Positions 1 to 10,745 of a stretch of DNA of 64,000 nt are shown in pieces. This stretch comes from Eledone cirrhosa (lineage: Eukaryota). The stretch covers positions 70,618,001-70,682,000 of the forward strand of contig OZ024747.1 of the NCBI GenBank assembly GCA_964016885.1. Reading direction: 5' to 3'. Both the position numbers and the translations under genes were made by a program. The notes under the pieces were generated by a model. It saw only the letters and a list, made by a program, of their open reading frames with translations, had not been told where the DNA came from and did not search any database. The stretch's first letter is position 1; the number at the start of each line of letters is the position of its first letter.

Positions 1-155
1 ATGCTTTGAAGCATAGAGTTTCATCCCTTTATGATCTGAGTTCAAATCCCACCAAGGATAACTTTGCCCTTCATCCTTACGGGATCGATAAAATAAAATA
101 CCAGTAATGTACTGGGTAATTGCTGGCCTTGTGCCTAAAAATAGAAACAATTATC
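1..155 (+). mobile_element. tRNA-derived SINE, family 1 (Nin/Deu-like domain), 5' part cut by window edge
   Basis: B-box-like GAGTTCAAATCC followed by GCCCTTCATCCTTACGGGATCGATAAAATAAAATACCAGT. Alignable by eye to copies at 29760-29953 (+) and 24160-24380 (-). Confidence 0.75.
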
Positions 156-439
156 ATCATATATATATATGTAGATGCTTTTGATCACAGCTTTTCAAAA
201 TATGGCCAACTAAACTAAACACTCCTGTCAACAGCTTTCCAAGAGACTGTGAAAAGAATAGTCTTGCTTTTTCTCAAAGAATTTTTTTTGTTCCTGCCCC
301 TGCTCCATCTGCTCTCTCTATCTATATCTTATTTAATTTCTCATTTTCTTTCCTGTTGAAGGATTAGCATCCAAAACCAATATATTTTTTCATTGCACTG
401 TTTCGTTTTTGTTGTTTCTGTTTAATTTTTGCATATATG

Positions 440-720
440 TCAGGTCACCAGTTGGTGCTACTGGTAACATGTATCCCAGTACAACCTGTCTCATGGTCGG
501 GTCGTTGGTGACTAAACTGAAAACCCCACCAAGGTTTCTTGGTGAGGAGGGTGATTTGGACATCCTGCAGGACTAAAAACAAAACCTGTCAAAGGGCAAA
601 GGAGCTCTTAAGAGTCAATGGCCATCCAAAATCACCAGGAGAGATGACACCTTAGCCTTTGTCAAGGCAGAATTCTAGGAGAAGGAAAACTCTGATATAA
701 CACCTGCAACCCTGATGGTA
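440..720 (+). mobile_element. Possible 5'-UTR fragment of an RTE-clade LINE
   Basis: Locally GC-richer, with nested stems (GTCACCA/TGGTGAC, TACTGG/CCAGTA). The motif CTAGGAGAAGGAAAACTCTGA is one I recall from RTE 5' regions. No ORF. Confidence 0.35.
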
Positions 721-997
721 TCCAATGATTATGACTTGTTCTTCTTTTTGGTAAATATCATCTTGGTTAAGAGAGTGGGACTGGCTTTGTGCAGTGCCTT
801 TGCTCACTATAAAAGCTTCACGGCACAGGCATTGCTTTATATCTGGAGATCTCTCTGCACTTGTCATCACATGGTACCATGGGCCCAGCACTATGTGTCA
901 ATAATTGTCACAAGTGTAGTGTTTGTACCAGAGTTTTCAAGTCGCTGGCTGGACTAAAAAGATTTATCTTTATATATATATATATATTTATATAACA

Positions 998-1150
998 ATG
1001 AAGGTGTGGTAAGATACCAGGTGGACCATAACACACCAGAGTACTCGATACTTGAGGTAGTAGAGTGGGTAATAGGATAAACGTCAGGACTTCGATGGCT
1101 GAGCTCCGGTCATTCCGAGCTCAACCATTGGAGTCCTGACTCTTTTCCTA
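998..1150. mobile_element. Fold-back element family A (Penelope-like 3' tail remnant), copy 1
   Basis: Shares GTGTGGTAAG..CCAGGTGGACCATA..CACCAGAGTACTCGATAC with 1611, 13395 and 52588. Ends in a hairpin GTCAGGAC..GAGCTC / GAGCTC..GTCCTGAC. Flanked by TA-rich microsatellite. Confidence 0.7.
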
Positions 1151-1227
1151 TGTATTTATGTATGTATGTATATATATATATATATATATAAATATATATA
1201 TATATTATACACACATACATATATATG

Positions 1228-1570
1228 TGTGTTTATAGAAATCTGTAGATGAAAGATCAAGGAAAACAGTGCTCAATCTGTTGCAAGAGAGCTTATTTAG
1301 TTTAAACAAAGTTTTATACATTTAACACGTACATGCAACCATTGGTTTTGAGGTCCAGTTATGGCCATTACTGTATATTGATTGGTGGAGGCACTTTTAA
1401 ACTGGCCCTTCATTTGGGCACATAGACAGACTTACAAAATGGGAAGTCCCCATACCCAAATGAAGGGCCAGTTTAAAAGTGTGTACTCCAATATACAGTG
1501 GTGGCCATAACCAGATCATGAAACCAATGATTGCACATATATGTTAAGTGATTGAAACTTTGTTTATACT
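1228..1570. repeat. (TA)n-flanked fold-back element with ~120-bp imperfect inverted arms
   Basis: Arms ~1299-1420 and ~1453-1570, e.g. CACTTTTAAACTGGCCCTTCATTTGGG versus CCCAAATGAAGGGCCAGTTTAAAAGTG. Confidence 0.8.
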
Positions 1571-1573
1571 ATA

Positions 1574-1605
<32 letters not shown>

Positions 1606-1610
1606 AAACA

Positions 1611-1813
1611 AAGAAAGTGTGTAAGAAACCAGGTGGACCATAATGCACCAGAGTACTCAATACTTAGAGTAGTAGTAATAGGAATGGGTAATGGGAAAAG
1701 AGTCAGGACCCTGATGGCTGAGCTCCAGCTGTTTTGACAGCTAGATCTGACTGGTGGCTTATTTCGGATCTAGCTGTTGAAATGGCTGGAGCTCAGCCGT
1801 TGGGGTCCTGACT

Positions 1814-1817
<4 letters not shown>
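1611..1817. mobile_element. Fold-back element family A, copy 2
   Basis: Same tail as copy 1. Longer hairpin AAAGAGTCAGGACCC..CTAGATCTGA / TCGGATCTAG..GGGTCCTGACTCTTT. (TA)n on both sides. Confidence 0.7.
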
Positions 1818-1862
<45 letters not shown>

Positions 1863-2068
1863 AGCATGAAGAGCAAATAGACAAAATTTACCTAATTTTT
1901 CCTCATAGCCCCAAAAGAATTAAATAAATAAGTAATCAATTATTCAGAGGTATATATAATTATAAGTGAGAAGAAAAAATAGACAAAATTTACTCAATTA
2001 TTCCTCATAGTCCCTATTGCAGTTTGGCCCACCATTGAGCAACCAGAGTGCAGCAAAATTACACTTAA

Positions 2069-2287
2069 CCCCTTAGCATTTAAATTGGCCATATTCGGCC
2101 AGAATTCTCTCACATCTTTTTGTTAAAATCGGCCATGACTGGCCACTCATACTGATGTTAAGGTATTGTTCTCAAAATAAATAAAATCAAAATCTCAGAG
2201 ATTCAACATTTTGTGAGAATTATGTGAGGTAAAGCATTGACCATGAAAATACTATAGTATATAAAGAGTAATGTAAATGCTAAAGGC
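2069..2287. mobile_element. MITE with piggyBac-like ends
   Basis: TTAA|CCCCTTAGCATTTA ... TAAATGCTAAAGGC|TTAG. A second copy lies in the opposite orientation at 31308-31502. Confidence 0.65.
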
Positions 2288-2759
2288 TTAGGCTGTGAAG
2301 TAGTAGGCTTGTCAAGAGACTCCCTCAGAGTAGAACTATTTCTCCCCAAAGTGACTGCCACCAGTTATAATTTTCAAAAGGGGAAACATCATTAGGTCTG
2401 GTGAAGGATAGGCTGTTGGCAAATAACAGCGTTGCTAAAGGAAGCAGTCTATTACATATATATATATCAACAATTAACATAACAATTTCTTGATGATTAC
2501 GATGATGATGAATATCCTGAAAGCTTATGGTAAATTTGAACCTTATATTTGATTTCCTGTTATTTTTGTGCCTTAAATAATATATTATATTCATGAATGT
2601 CAAATTATAGAGATTCTAGATTATGAATAAAACAGTTGCCATAAAATAATGTTTATCTATCTTTGATTTTGTCAAGATTCTGACATTCAAAGCACTACTG
2701 TAAAACGAGGACTGACTGTGGACAATCAATATTTTCCCTAGTCAATTCCAGGTGGCACA

Positions 2760-2812
2760 TACACATATATACATGTGTACATATATATTATATATATATA
2801 TATATGTGTGTA

Positions 2813-2852
<40 letters not shown>

Positions 2853-2861
2853 GTGTGTGTG

Positions 2862-2898
<37 letters not shown>

Positions 2899-2914
2899 TA
2901 ATACACACAAATAA

Positions 2915-2994
<80 letters not shown>

Positions 2995-2996
2995 CA
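2760..2996. repeat. Compound (TA)n/(TG)n/(CA)n microsatellite
   Basis: Directly visible. Source of the spurious YIYI/CVCV ORFs. Confidence 0.95.
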
Positions 2997-3194
2997 TTTG
3001 GAATATGTTGGTGATTCACTTGGTTAAAACTGAGTTCTACACTCGAATAAATGGAAGTGCTTTGAACTATGAATTGCAATGGAGCTAATCATCAACCAAT
3101 TCCTAATAAATGTAAACTCTACATCACTTATGAATTACTCTTTCTTTTGTTTGTTAAAGTGAGTATGCTCCAATGGTTGTATAATTCTAATGTG

Positions 3195-3480
3195 CATGAA
3201 GGTTGTAGCATAAGAGAGAAAATTGGGAGAAGAGGAATTCAATGTAGTTTACAAGAGAGAAGACTGTGTTAGCATATGGTTAGTATGGAGGATGACAGCT
3301 GTATAGATGCAGGAATATCTCAATGGTTGGGATTTGTAGAAGTGGCAAATCCAAAATGACTAGGGATGAAGTAGTGTCAAATAGACTTTAAGAAGCTGAA
3401 ACTTATGATGTAGATGACAATAAACTAGAAAGATTGGTTATATACTGCACTGAAGAAGACCCACCTACCAGCATAAAATA
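3195..3480 (+). mobile_element. Old, degraded RTE LINE 3' fragment
   Basis: AGCATAAGAGAGAAA..AGAGGAATTCAATG..GAGGATGACAGCTG..CCAAAATGACTAGGGATGAAG aligns loosely with the RTE ORF end at 4459-4640. Confidence 0.55.
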
Positions 3481-3979
3481 TGATCTGATTCATCCGCTTG
3501 CACCTTCCACTATCACAAATTAGCTAATCCACTCCATCTCTGTACACCTCCACTTTAGTGAGTGTACTGGCTGCATTCCATCATGAGACCTGCACTACAG
3601 AGAATGCTGTGACTAAACTGTCCTGATAAACCTACTGGCATATATGTATGCTTGCCAGACACAAAAAGAACATGTTTTTGCCTGCTGCATATAACATAAA
3701 TGCAAATTCATCTGAGGAAATCACTCCCATACCAGCAACAAATGCAAATACTGCATCTTAGATTGCATAAGATTGTTTCAGAGGGTTTTTGATATCTTCA
3801 CTAATAGACAGTGGTTATGTCACCACCTATTTCTAGTCTCAATTTCCTAGATCCATCTCACAGCCTTCTTTAAAAACAGGCAAATACCATTATATATATA
3901 TCCAGTGAACTTCAACCATTAAGGTTGTCTTTTTTCCGGGTATGTCAATATTTATTTATAAAACAAATCTGTATTTTAT

Positions 3980-5057
3980 CTTGCTCAGTATGTAGGAAAG
4001 GTGTAGGTAGGAACTCCATTCTCTGCCCCAAATGCAAACAATGTGTACACAAGAGATGTAGCGGGATCTCAGGAAGCTTAATTAAGAATGTAGCCTTCAC
4101 ATGCAGCAGCTGTGCTGGGACAGCAAGCAGCAAACAGCCACAGGAAACAAGTACCACCAATCTCTGGGAGGGCTCTGTAGAAACAATAGACAGCTTCTGC
4201 TACCTAGGTGACCGAATTAGCAGTGGAGGTGGGTGTTCAGAAAGTACAATAACTAGGGTAAGAACGGGATGGAAGAAGTTTAGGGAACTACTACCACTGC
4301 TAGCTGCAAAAGGCAGACTGTATGATGCATGTATCCGAACAGTGATGTTGCATGGTAGTGAGACCTGGGCGCTGAAGGTGGAAGACTTACATAGATTAGA
4401 GAGAAATGAAGCCTGCATGTTCTGATGGATGTGTAATAGTAATATACGCGAACGACAAAGCATAAATGAATTGAGAGAGAGACTGAGCATAAGAGGAATC
4501 AAATGCTGTGTGCAGGAGAGGTGGTTGCATTGGTATGGACATGTGATGCATATAAAGGATGACAGCTGCATAAAAAGGTGCAGAGCACTAGAAGTCAATG
4601 GAAACCACGGAGTGGGGAGACCCAAGAAGACCTGGGATGAGATGATAAAAGCCGACCTTACCCAATTACACCTCTCAAAGGCGATGACACACAACCGTGA
4701 CCTCTGGCGTCACGCAGTAATACAGAGTACCCAACCTCCCATGGGTACAAGCTGAAGCATATAGACAAAATGCCCCCACACCCTCCCACAGCAAGGTGGT
4801 CGTGGAGGTGCCATGGCAAAAAAGCACCCAGCCTACACTGTAAAGTGGACGTATAGGCGCCACAGAAAAAGCACCCAGCACTCACTGTAAATGAGGTTGG
4901 TGTTAGGAAGGGCATCCAGCTGTAGAAATCAAGCCAAAATCAGTTCCTGTATGAGCAAGGCATGGTCAGCCGACCAGACACTGCCCACAACAGGACAACC
5001 CGTCTAACCCATGCTAGCATGGAAGAACGGACGTAAAACGTTGATGATGATGATGAT
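3980..5057 (+). mobile_element. RTE LINE, subfamily 1, 5'-truncated and inactivated
   Basis: ORF C-terminus FCYLGDRISSGGG..MLHGSETW..LHWYGHVM..GRPKKTW, then 3' UTR and (GAT)n tail. Premature TGA at 4423-4425 (CGA in the 6.1-kb copy). 21-bp deletion between AAAGGC repeats. Confidence 0.93.
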
Positions 5058-5941
5058 CTGATGAAAGCGCACCATAATTTGCCTTGGTTCCCATTGAAAT
5101 ATATATAATAAAATAATTATGGTTTTATAAATATAGTTTCCATTTATTAATATATTGTATATATATGAATTAAAAGGACATGGTGCTGTGTGGTAATAAA
5201 TAATGTTTAGAAATGTAAAGGAAAGACAAATATAAGACAATTCCCCTCTATATATGTGGAAGTTTGTGTGTATGTCCTGATTCTCCTCTGTTCTCTCATT
5301 TTTATGTAACCAGCTTTTGTTCTTTCACTTCACTTAAGATTTTGTGCTTTTTACCTCTCTACCTATTACTCATTTGTTCTAATTTATCATTCCCTCTCCC
5401 TCTATTGCTATCTATTCCTCTTTTATATCTTCCCCAATTCCTCAATCTCTTCCTTTTCATCAGATGCTCTGCAGTTGCCTTGATGGTGCTGTACAATTGG
5501 TTGATCAATTTGGTCTAGCAATGAAGTATATATAGTGAACATCAAGTAAAATCATCATAGTAAATTCATCATGGATAATCACTTTAAATACATCACTTTA
5601 AATACATCATTTCCAATTTTCTAGCTTGATAAATTCACATCGTTAAATTTATTGACAGATATTTTATACATAGAATAAATACATTGCCAACCATTATATT
5701 TATTCTTTCTGTATTTTGGTATAAATCATTTAAAATCCTAATAACCCTTTTTACATATTTTATTTACATATTTTATCTGGCAGTTTGAAAGTTAAGAAAA
5801 CTCAAAACATTAGAATGGCTTTCAGCTGTGTTACAAGTAAACTGAGAAAAAAAAATCTATTTTCAGAATGTTTTCTACGTCCTCCAATTTAAAATAATGT
5901 CAACTATTTTACTTGATTCTATGTAAATTCATTGCATTTAT

Positions 5942-6026
<85 letters not shown>

Positions 6027-6028
<2 letters not shown>

Positions 6029-7013
6029 CTAGCAGTGGTAGTAGTTCCCTAAACTTCTTCCATCCCGTTCTTACCCTAGTTATTGTACTTTCTGAGCACC
6101 CACCTCCGTTGCTAATTCGGTCACCTAGGCAGCTTCTGCTACCTAGGTGACCGAATTAGCAACGGAGGTGGGTGCTCAGAAAGTACAATAACTAGGGTAA
6201 GAACGGGATGGAAGAAGTTTAGGGAACTACTACCACTGCTAGCTGCAAAAGGCTTCTCCCTCAGAATGAAAGGCAGACTGTATGATGCGTGTATCCGAAC
6301 AGCGATGTTGCATGGTAGTGAGACCTGGGCACTGAAGGTGGAAGACTTACGTAGATTAGAGAGAAACGAAGCCTGCATGCTCCGATGGATGTGTAACAGT
6401 AATATACGTGAACGACAAAGCATAAATGAATTGAGAGAGAGACTGAGCATAAGAGGAATCAAATGCTGCGTGCAGGAGAGGCGGTTACGCTGGTATGGAC
6501 ATGTGATGCGTATGAAGGATGACAGCTGCATAAAAAGGTGCAGAGCACTAGAAGTTGATGGAAACCGCGGAGTGGGGAGACCCAAGATGACTTGGGATGA
6601 GGTGATAAAAGCCGACCTTACCCAACTACACCTCTCAAAGTCAATGACACACGACCGTGACTTCTGGCGTCACGCAGTAATACAGAGTACCCGACCTCCC
6701 ATGGGTACATGCTGAAGCATATAAACAATATGCCTCCCCCCCCCCCACCGCAAGGTGGTCGTGGAGGTGCCACGGCAAAAAAGCACCCAGCCCACACTGT
6801 AAAGTGGACGTGTAGGCGCCACGAAAAAGCACCCAGCACTCACTGTAAATGAGGTTGGTGTTAGGAAGGGCATCCAGCTGTAGAAATCAAGCCAGATCAG
6901 TTCCTGTATGAGCAAGGCATGGTCAGCCGACCAGACACTGCCCACAACAGGACAACCCGTCTAACCCATGCTAGCGTGGAAGAACGGACGTAAAACGGTG
7001 ATGATGATGATGA

Positions 7014-7017
<4 letters not shown>
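6027..7017 (+). mobile_element. RTE LINE, subfamily 1, 5'-truncated, with 5' fold-back inverted duplication
   Basis: Open ORF end MLHGSETW..RRLRWYGHVMRM..GRPKMTW (stop 6715) and (GAT)n tail. 6027-6133 is the reverse complement of 6138-6244. Confidence 0.95.
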
Positions 7018-7050
<33 letters not shown>

Positions 7051-7051
7051 A

Positions 7052-7245
7052 AAGGTAAACAGAAATAACACAATCGGTACAGTGTATGGAAAGTATATAT
7101 ATTGACTGCAGAAAATAGTCTAATATAAGGGCATATGAATTCCATAATGGAAAAAAATAAGCTTTATACAAGTTAATGCCCATCGTTTCCATTATGTGTG
7201 TCCCTATATTAAACTATTTTCTGTATTCAATATGTGGGGAAAGCT
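7052..7245. repeat. Imperfect fold-back element next to (TA)n
   Basis: TATTGACTGCAGAAAATAGTCTAATATAAGGGCA..CATAATGGAAA versus TTTCCATTATG..TGTCCCTATATTAAACTATTTTCTGTATTCAATA. Confidence 0.6.
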
Positions 7246-7293
7246 TCTAATTCTATTATGTTCAATCTCCATGGCATTCAAATTCACATGTGC

Positions 7294-7336
<43 letters not shown>

Positions 7337-7337
<1 letters not shown>

Positions 7338-7535
7338 GTTATTCCGGGTTGAATCGGAGGTAACCACAGTAAGTAAGGTACTCAATACATAGCAGAGTAT
7401 AACAGTTTTAATATAGATGAGATTCTTCAGGACTAGAACTGTTTCATTCATTAGAAATCATCAGGAATCGCCTGATTCCTGATGATTTCTAATGAATGAA
7501 ACAGTTCTAGTCCTGTAGAATCTCATCTATATTAA

Positions 7536-7539
<4 letters not shown>
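7337..7539. mobile_element. (TA)n-flanked fold-back element carrying a hammerhead motif (Penelope-like tail remnant)
   Basis: 66-bp inverted arms 7404-7469 and 7474-7539 with one mismatch and a GCCT loop. Confidence 0.8.
7474..7522 (+). ncRNA. Type I hammerhead ribozyme
   Basis: gattc-CTGATGA-tttc taat gaat-GAAA-cag ttctagtc ctg-TA-gaatc. Stem I 5 bp, stem II 3 bp, stem III 4 bp, GUA cleavage triplet. Confidence 0.75.
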
Positions 7540-7570
<31 letters not shown>

Positions 7571-7573
<3 letters not shown>

Positions 7574-9233
7574 CTTCAGTGTACAGCTATTGCCAGCATG
7601 GGATTAACTCATCTACTTACCATTCGGATATTGGCTGCTCTGTGCCTTATCTACCGCCACCTGATACTACTTCCTTGTCGGGATGATTCCGATTCCGACA
7701 AAACTCTACGTATTATACTAAAACATGTATTGTATTGATTGTATTCTCTACTCTATACCTCAGGACTTTTTGTGACTCGCACTAAATTCGGAGACACGAA
7801 CTTTACACTAGGTACAACCTGTTACCATTCCCTCTCCTCCATCCTCTATATCTATATCTATATGTACAACTTGTATTATCTTACTACAACTTGATCTATA
7901 TTGATTATTATTTACCTTTATTAATTTTTTTATTATTTCATTAATGTATATTTTTTTAATTATTTTATTGTTTTATTATTTTTTTATTTTTTTATTATTT
8001 TATTAATGTATTTTTATCAATGTATTCTATCTTTATATTGGTATTTTATCTTTGTATGCTGCTTTTATTATTTTTTTGTAACTTTTCCTTACTCAGGTCA
8101 TTATGCACCTTTCATAGCCCCCTACCCACCTAAGAACCACACTACTTATAACCCGGACTAACTGGAACTTTAAAATAATTTTGGTCTATTTGCACTTTTC
8201 ATTGGGTTGCTACCTTCGACTTGTGTGGTGGCTTTTCACGGCTGCGCGCTGGGCACTCGGAAAGTTCAGCTTACCTTGAGTGTTCGGAAAAATAAATTTC
8301 TCCTCTTTCGGTAAACGAAATTACTCGGAGCGGCTTGCTTTGCCCCAGTCCCACCGCGCCGCCTGTTTTGGCTGTATCATTAGCTGTATCATGCCTCTAT
8401 TGGCACGTAAATAAACCCCTTTGGTATAGACGATGGCCTGTCAAAATTGTGGAATTCCCGCTAGCGCTCCCGGGGCCTAAGGTAGCTACATTCCTAGAGT
8501 ACTCTGAAAAATTAATTTCCATTTCTTTCACTGGATGATACCACTCGAGACTGGCTGACTCATGGTGCCGGGGGGGGGGGTGTACTGGCTGGGACTCCCA
8601 ATCGAAATCTTTACTCTACATCCCATCCTAATATCTTATCGAGATAAAAAATTTTCATATAAGATTCTCTCCGTAAGTTCATTAAATATATAAATCTTGC
8701 TACCTTAGTCTTTAATTCTCTAATAACTTATTTTTCAATTTATTATTTTGCAATTTAATATTTTAAATTTAATTTAATTTCATCCTATAACTCGCAACAT
8801 AAGTTTAACGTTTCAATTTTCGGTTCACACATTAGACCATACAGACACCCACTATAGATTCTTTGGAGTAGCATTTTTTCGCGGCATTTTCTAGCATGAA
8901 TGTAGTATGACCCTTACACTGACTTCTTTCTCCCTTCTTCCCTTTTTCATTGACGGAGTGTTGGTAGTGCATTATAAGCCTTCGCCCCCTCACCAGATAT
9001 TCATTAGTAGATTCAGTTGCCAACACTTTGAGGGCGACTGGCCGAGAAGCTAGTTGGTCAGTCGTCCTCTTTGTCTCTGTCTCTGATTTTTCGGACCCAT
9101 GGTTTTTTACACATTCCTTTGTTATATTCCAATACCTGATGATATCACCGGATTCATATGGAACCCGGTCATTGAAATGATCATACCATTCAAGGATTTA
9201 CACCAGACAGCCTCCTGTTAATTTATTTTGTTT
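7571..9233 (+). mobile_element. ~1.65-kb non-coding, CpG-retaining, structured insertion between (TA)n tracts
   Basis: Sharp compositional change. Several hairpins (e.g. 9030-9069). Hammerhead-like core CTGATGA..GAAA-tgatca-TA at 9136-9185 near the right end. No long ORF. Confidence 0.55.
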
Positions 9234-9285
9234 ATATATATATATATAAATACATACATATATACATATATATATATATTTCATA

Positions 9286-9320
<35 letters not shown>

Positions 9321-9603
9321 CATATTAACGTCCATGTTGGGTTCTATTTTAAGGCAAGTTGTGTTGGGTGACCGTGTCTTGCTTAAATAGGGGTGTTTCT
9401 GGCTGGTTCACTATGGCTGGATGCCCTTCCTAACGCCAACCACATTTACAGTGTGGGCTGGGTGCTTTTTGCCGTGTCTTTTACACATCCACTTTATAGT
9501 GATATCTGGCTGCTTTTTGCCGTACCTTTACACGTCCACTTTACAGTGTGGGCTGGGTGCTTTTTGCCGTGTCTTTTATACTTCCACTATACAGTGTGGG
9601 CTG
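9321..9603 (-). mobile_element. RTE-related 3' UTR fragment with about three copies of a ~46-bp unit
   Basis: GGATGCCCTTCCTAACGCCAACC followed by repeated TTACAGTGTGGGCTGGGTGCTTTTTGCCGTG, the reverse complement of the RTE 3' UTR unit. Confidence 0.75.
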
Positions 9604-9671
9604 AAGAGGGCTTGATAAAAGCAGAAATTATTTGCTTAAACTTTGGTCTGTGATAATATATATATATATTA

Positions 9672-10745
9672 ACAGATTAATTGCATAAGTTTATTTTAAA
9701 AACTACCCGGTTGAGTGCTTATTCGATTTGTGCTATCTATGCAATTTTTTGTATGATATACACATGCTGAATTCATTTGCCAAAATCTGGGTTTTTCCCC
9801 TTGTGAGTTACACATGTGCTTTTACAAAGCTCTATGTCATTCACAAAGTTGGTGCAGAGCAAAATTACCTGTTGATAACGTGATATTCCTTGTTCGATCA
9901 TTATGCTAAAAGCTTATAGTTTTAAGCAGACAGTCAATTCCATTTCGGTCCAGGTCGGTTTTTATCATTTATTTTGTTTGACCTGTTTAGCTTGATTTGT
10001 TTATTTGGCGTAGGTGGTTAATGCCTTCTTGACCACCTTTTCAGTTTGTATGGCGTTTTAACATATTGTTTAACTCTAGTTTTCTTAACTATTGGAGCGC
10101 TTGCAAGTATGTCTACGATTTTGTGTTTCGTTTCGCTTGCTTTTTCTATCAGCCGAAATACGATTCTCGCTGAATTTATATTTGTATTAATCTCCCGAGT
10201 CTTACAATTAACCTGTTAATAATTCTATTGACAGATTAATTGCATAAGTTTATTTTAAAAACTACCCGGTTGAGTGCTTATTCGATTTGTGCTATCTATG
10301 TAATTTTTTGTATGATATACACATACTGAATTCATTTGCCAAAATCTGGGGTTTTTCCCCTTATGAGTTACATGTGCTTTTACAAAGCTCTATGTCATTC
10401 ACAAAGTTGGTGTAGAGCAAAATTACCTGTTGATAATGTGATATTCCTTGTTCGATCATTATGCTAAAAGCTTATAGTTTTAAGCAGACAGTATTATTGA
10501 TTTAGGTGTCATAGAAACCCTGCATTTGGATTTTACCATCAATTCCATTTGGGTCCAGGTCGGGTTTTATCATTTATTTTGTTTGACCTGTTTAGCTTGA
10601 TTTGTTTTTTGGCTTAGGTGGTTAATGCCTTCTTGACCACTTTTTCAGTTTGTATGGCGTTTTAACATATTGTTTAGCTCTAGTTTTCCTAACTATTGGA
10701 GCGCTTGCCAGCATGTCTACGATTTTGCGTTTCGTTTCGCTTTTT
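9672..10745 (+). mobile_element. Partial tandem (about 1.9 units) of a ~605-bp hammerhead-containing non-coding unit, retrozyme-like
   Basis: ACAGATTAATTGCATAAG starts at 9672 and 10231. Copies are near-identical except that copy 1 lacks 47 bp (10493-10539 in copy 2). Left flank is (TA)n. Confidence 0.8.
10425..10560 (+). ncRNA. Type I hammerhead ribozyme, U3-A8 core variant with extended stems II and III
   Basis: acctg-TTGATAA-tgtgatatt..ggtgtcata-GAAA-ccc..ggg-TC-caggt. Stem I 5 bp, stem II 9 bp including G-U pairs, GUC triplet at 10553-10555. Confidence 0.7.
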
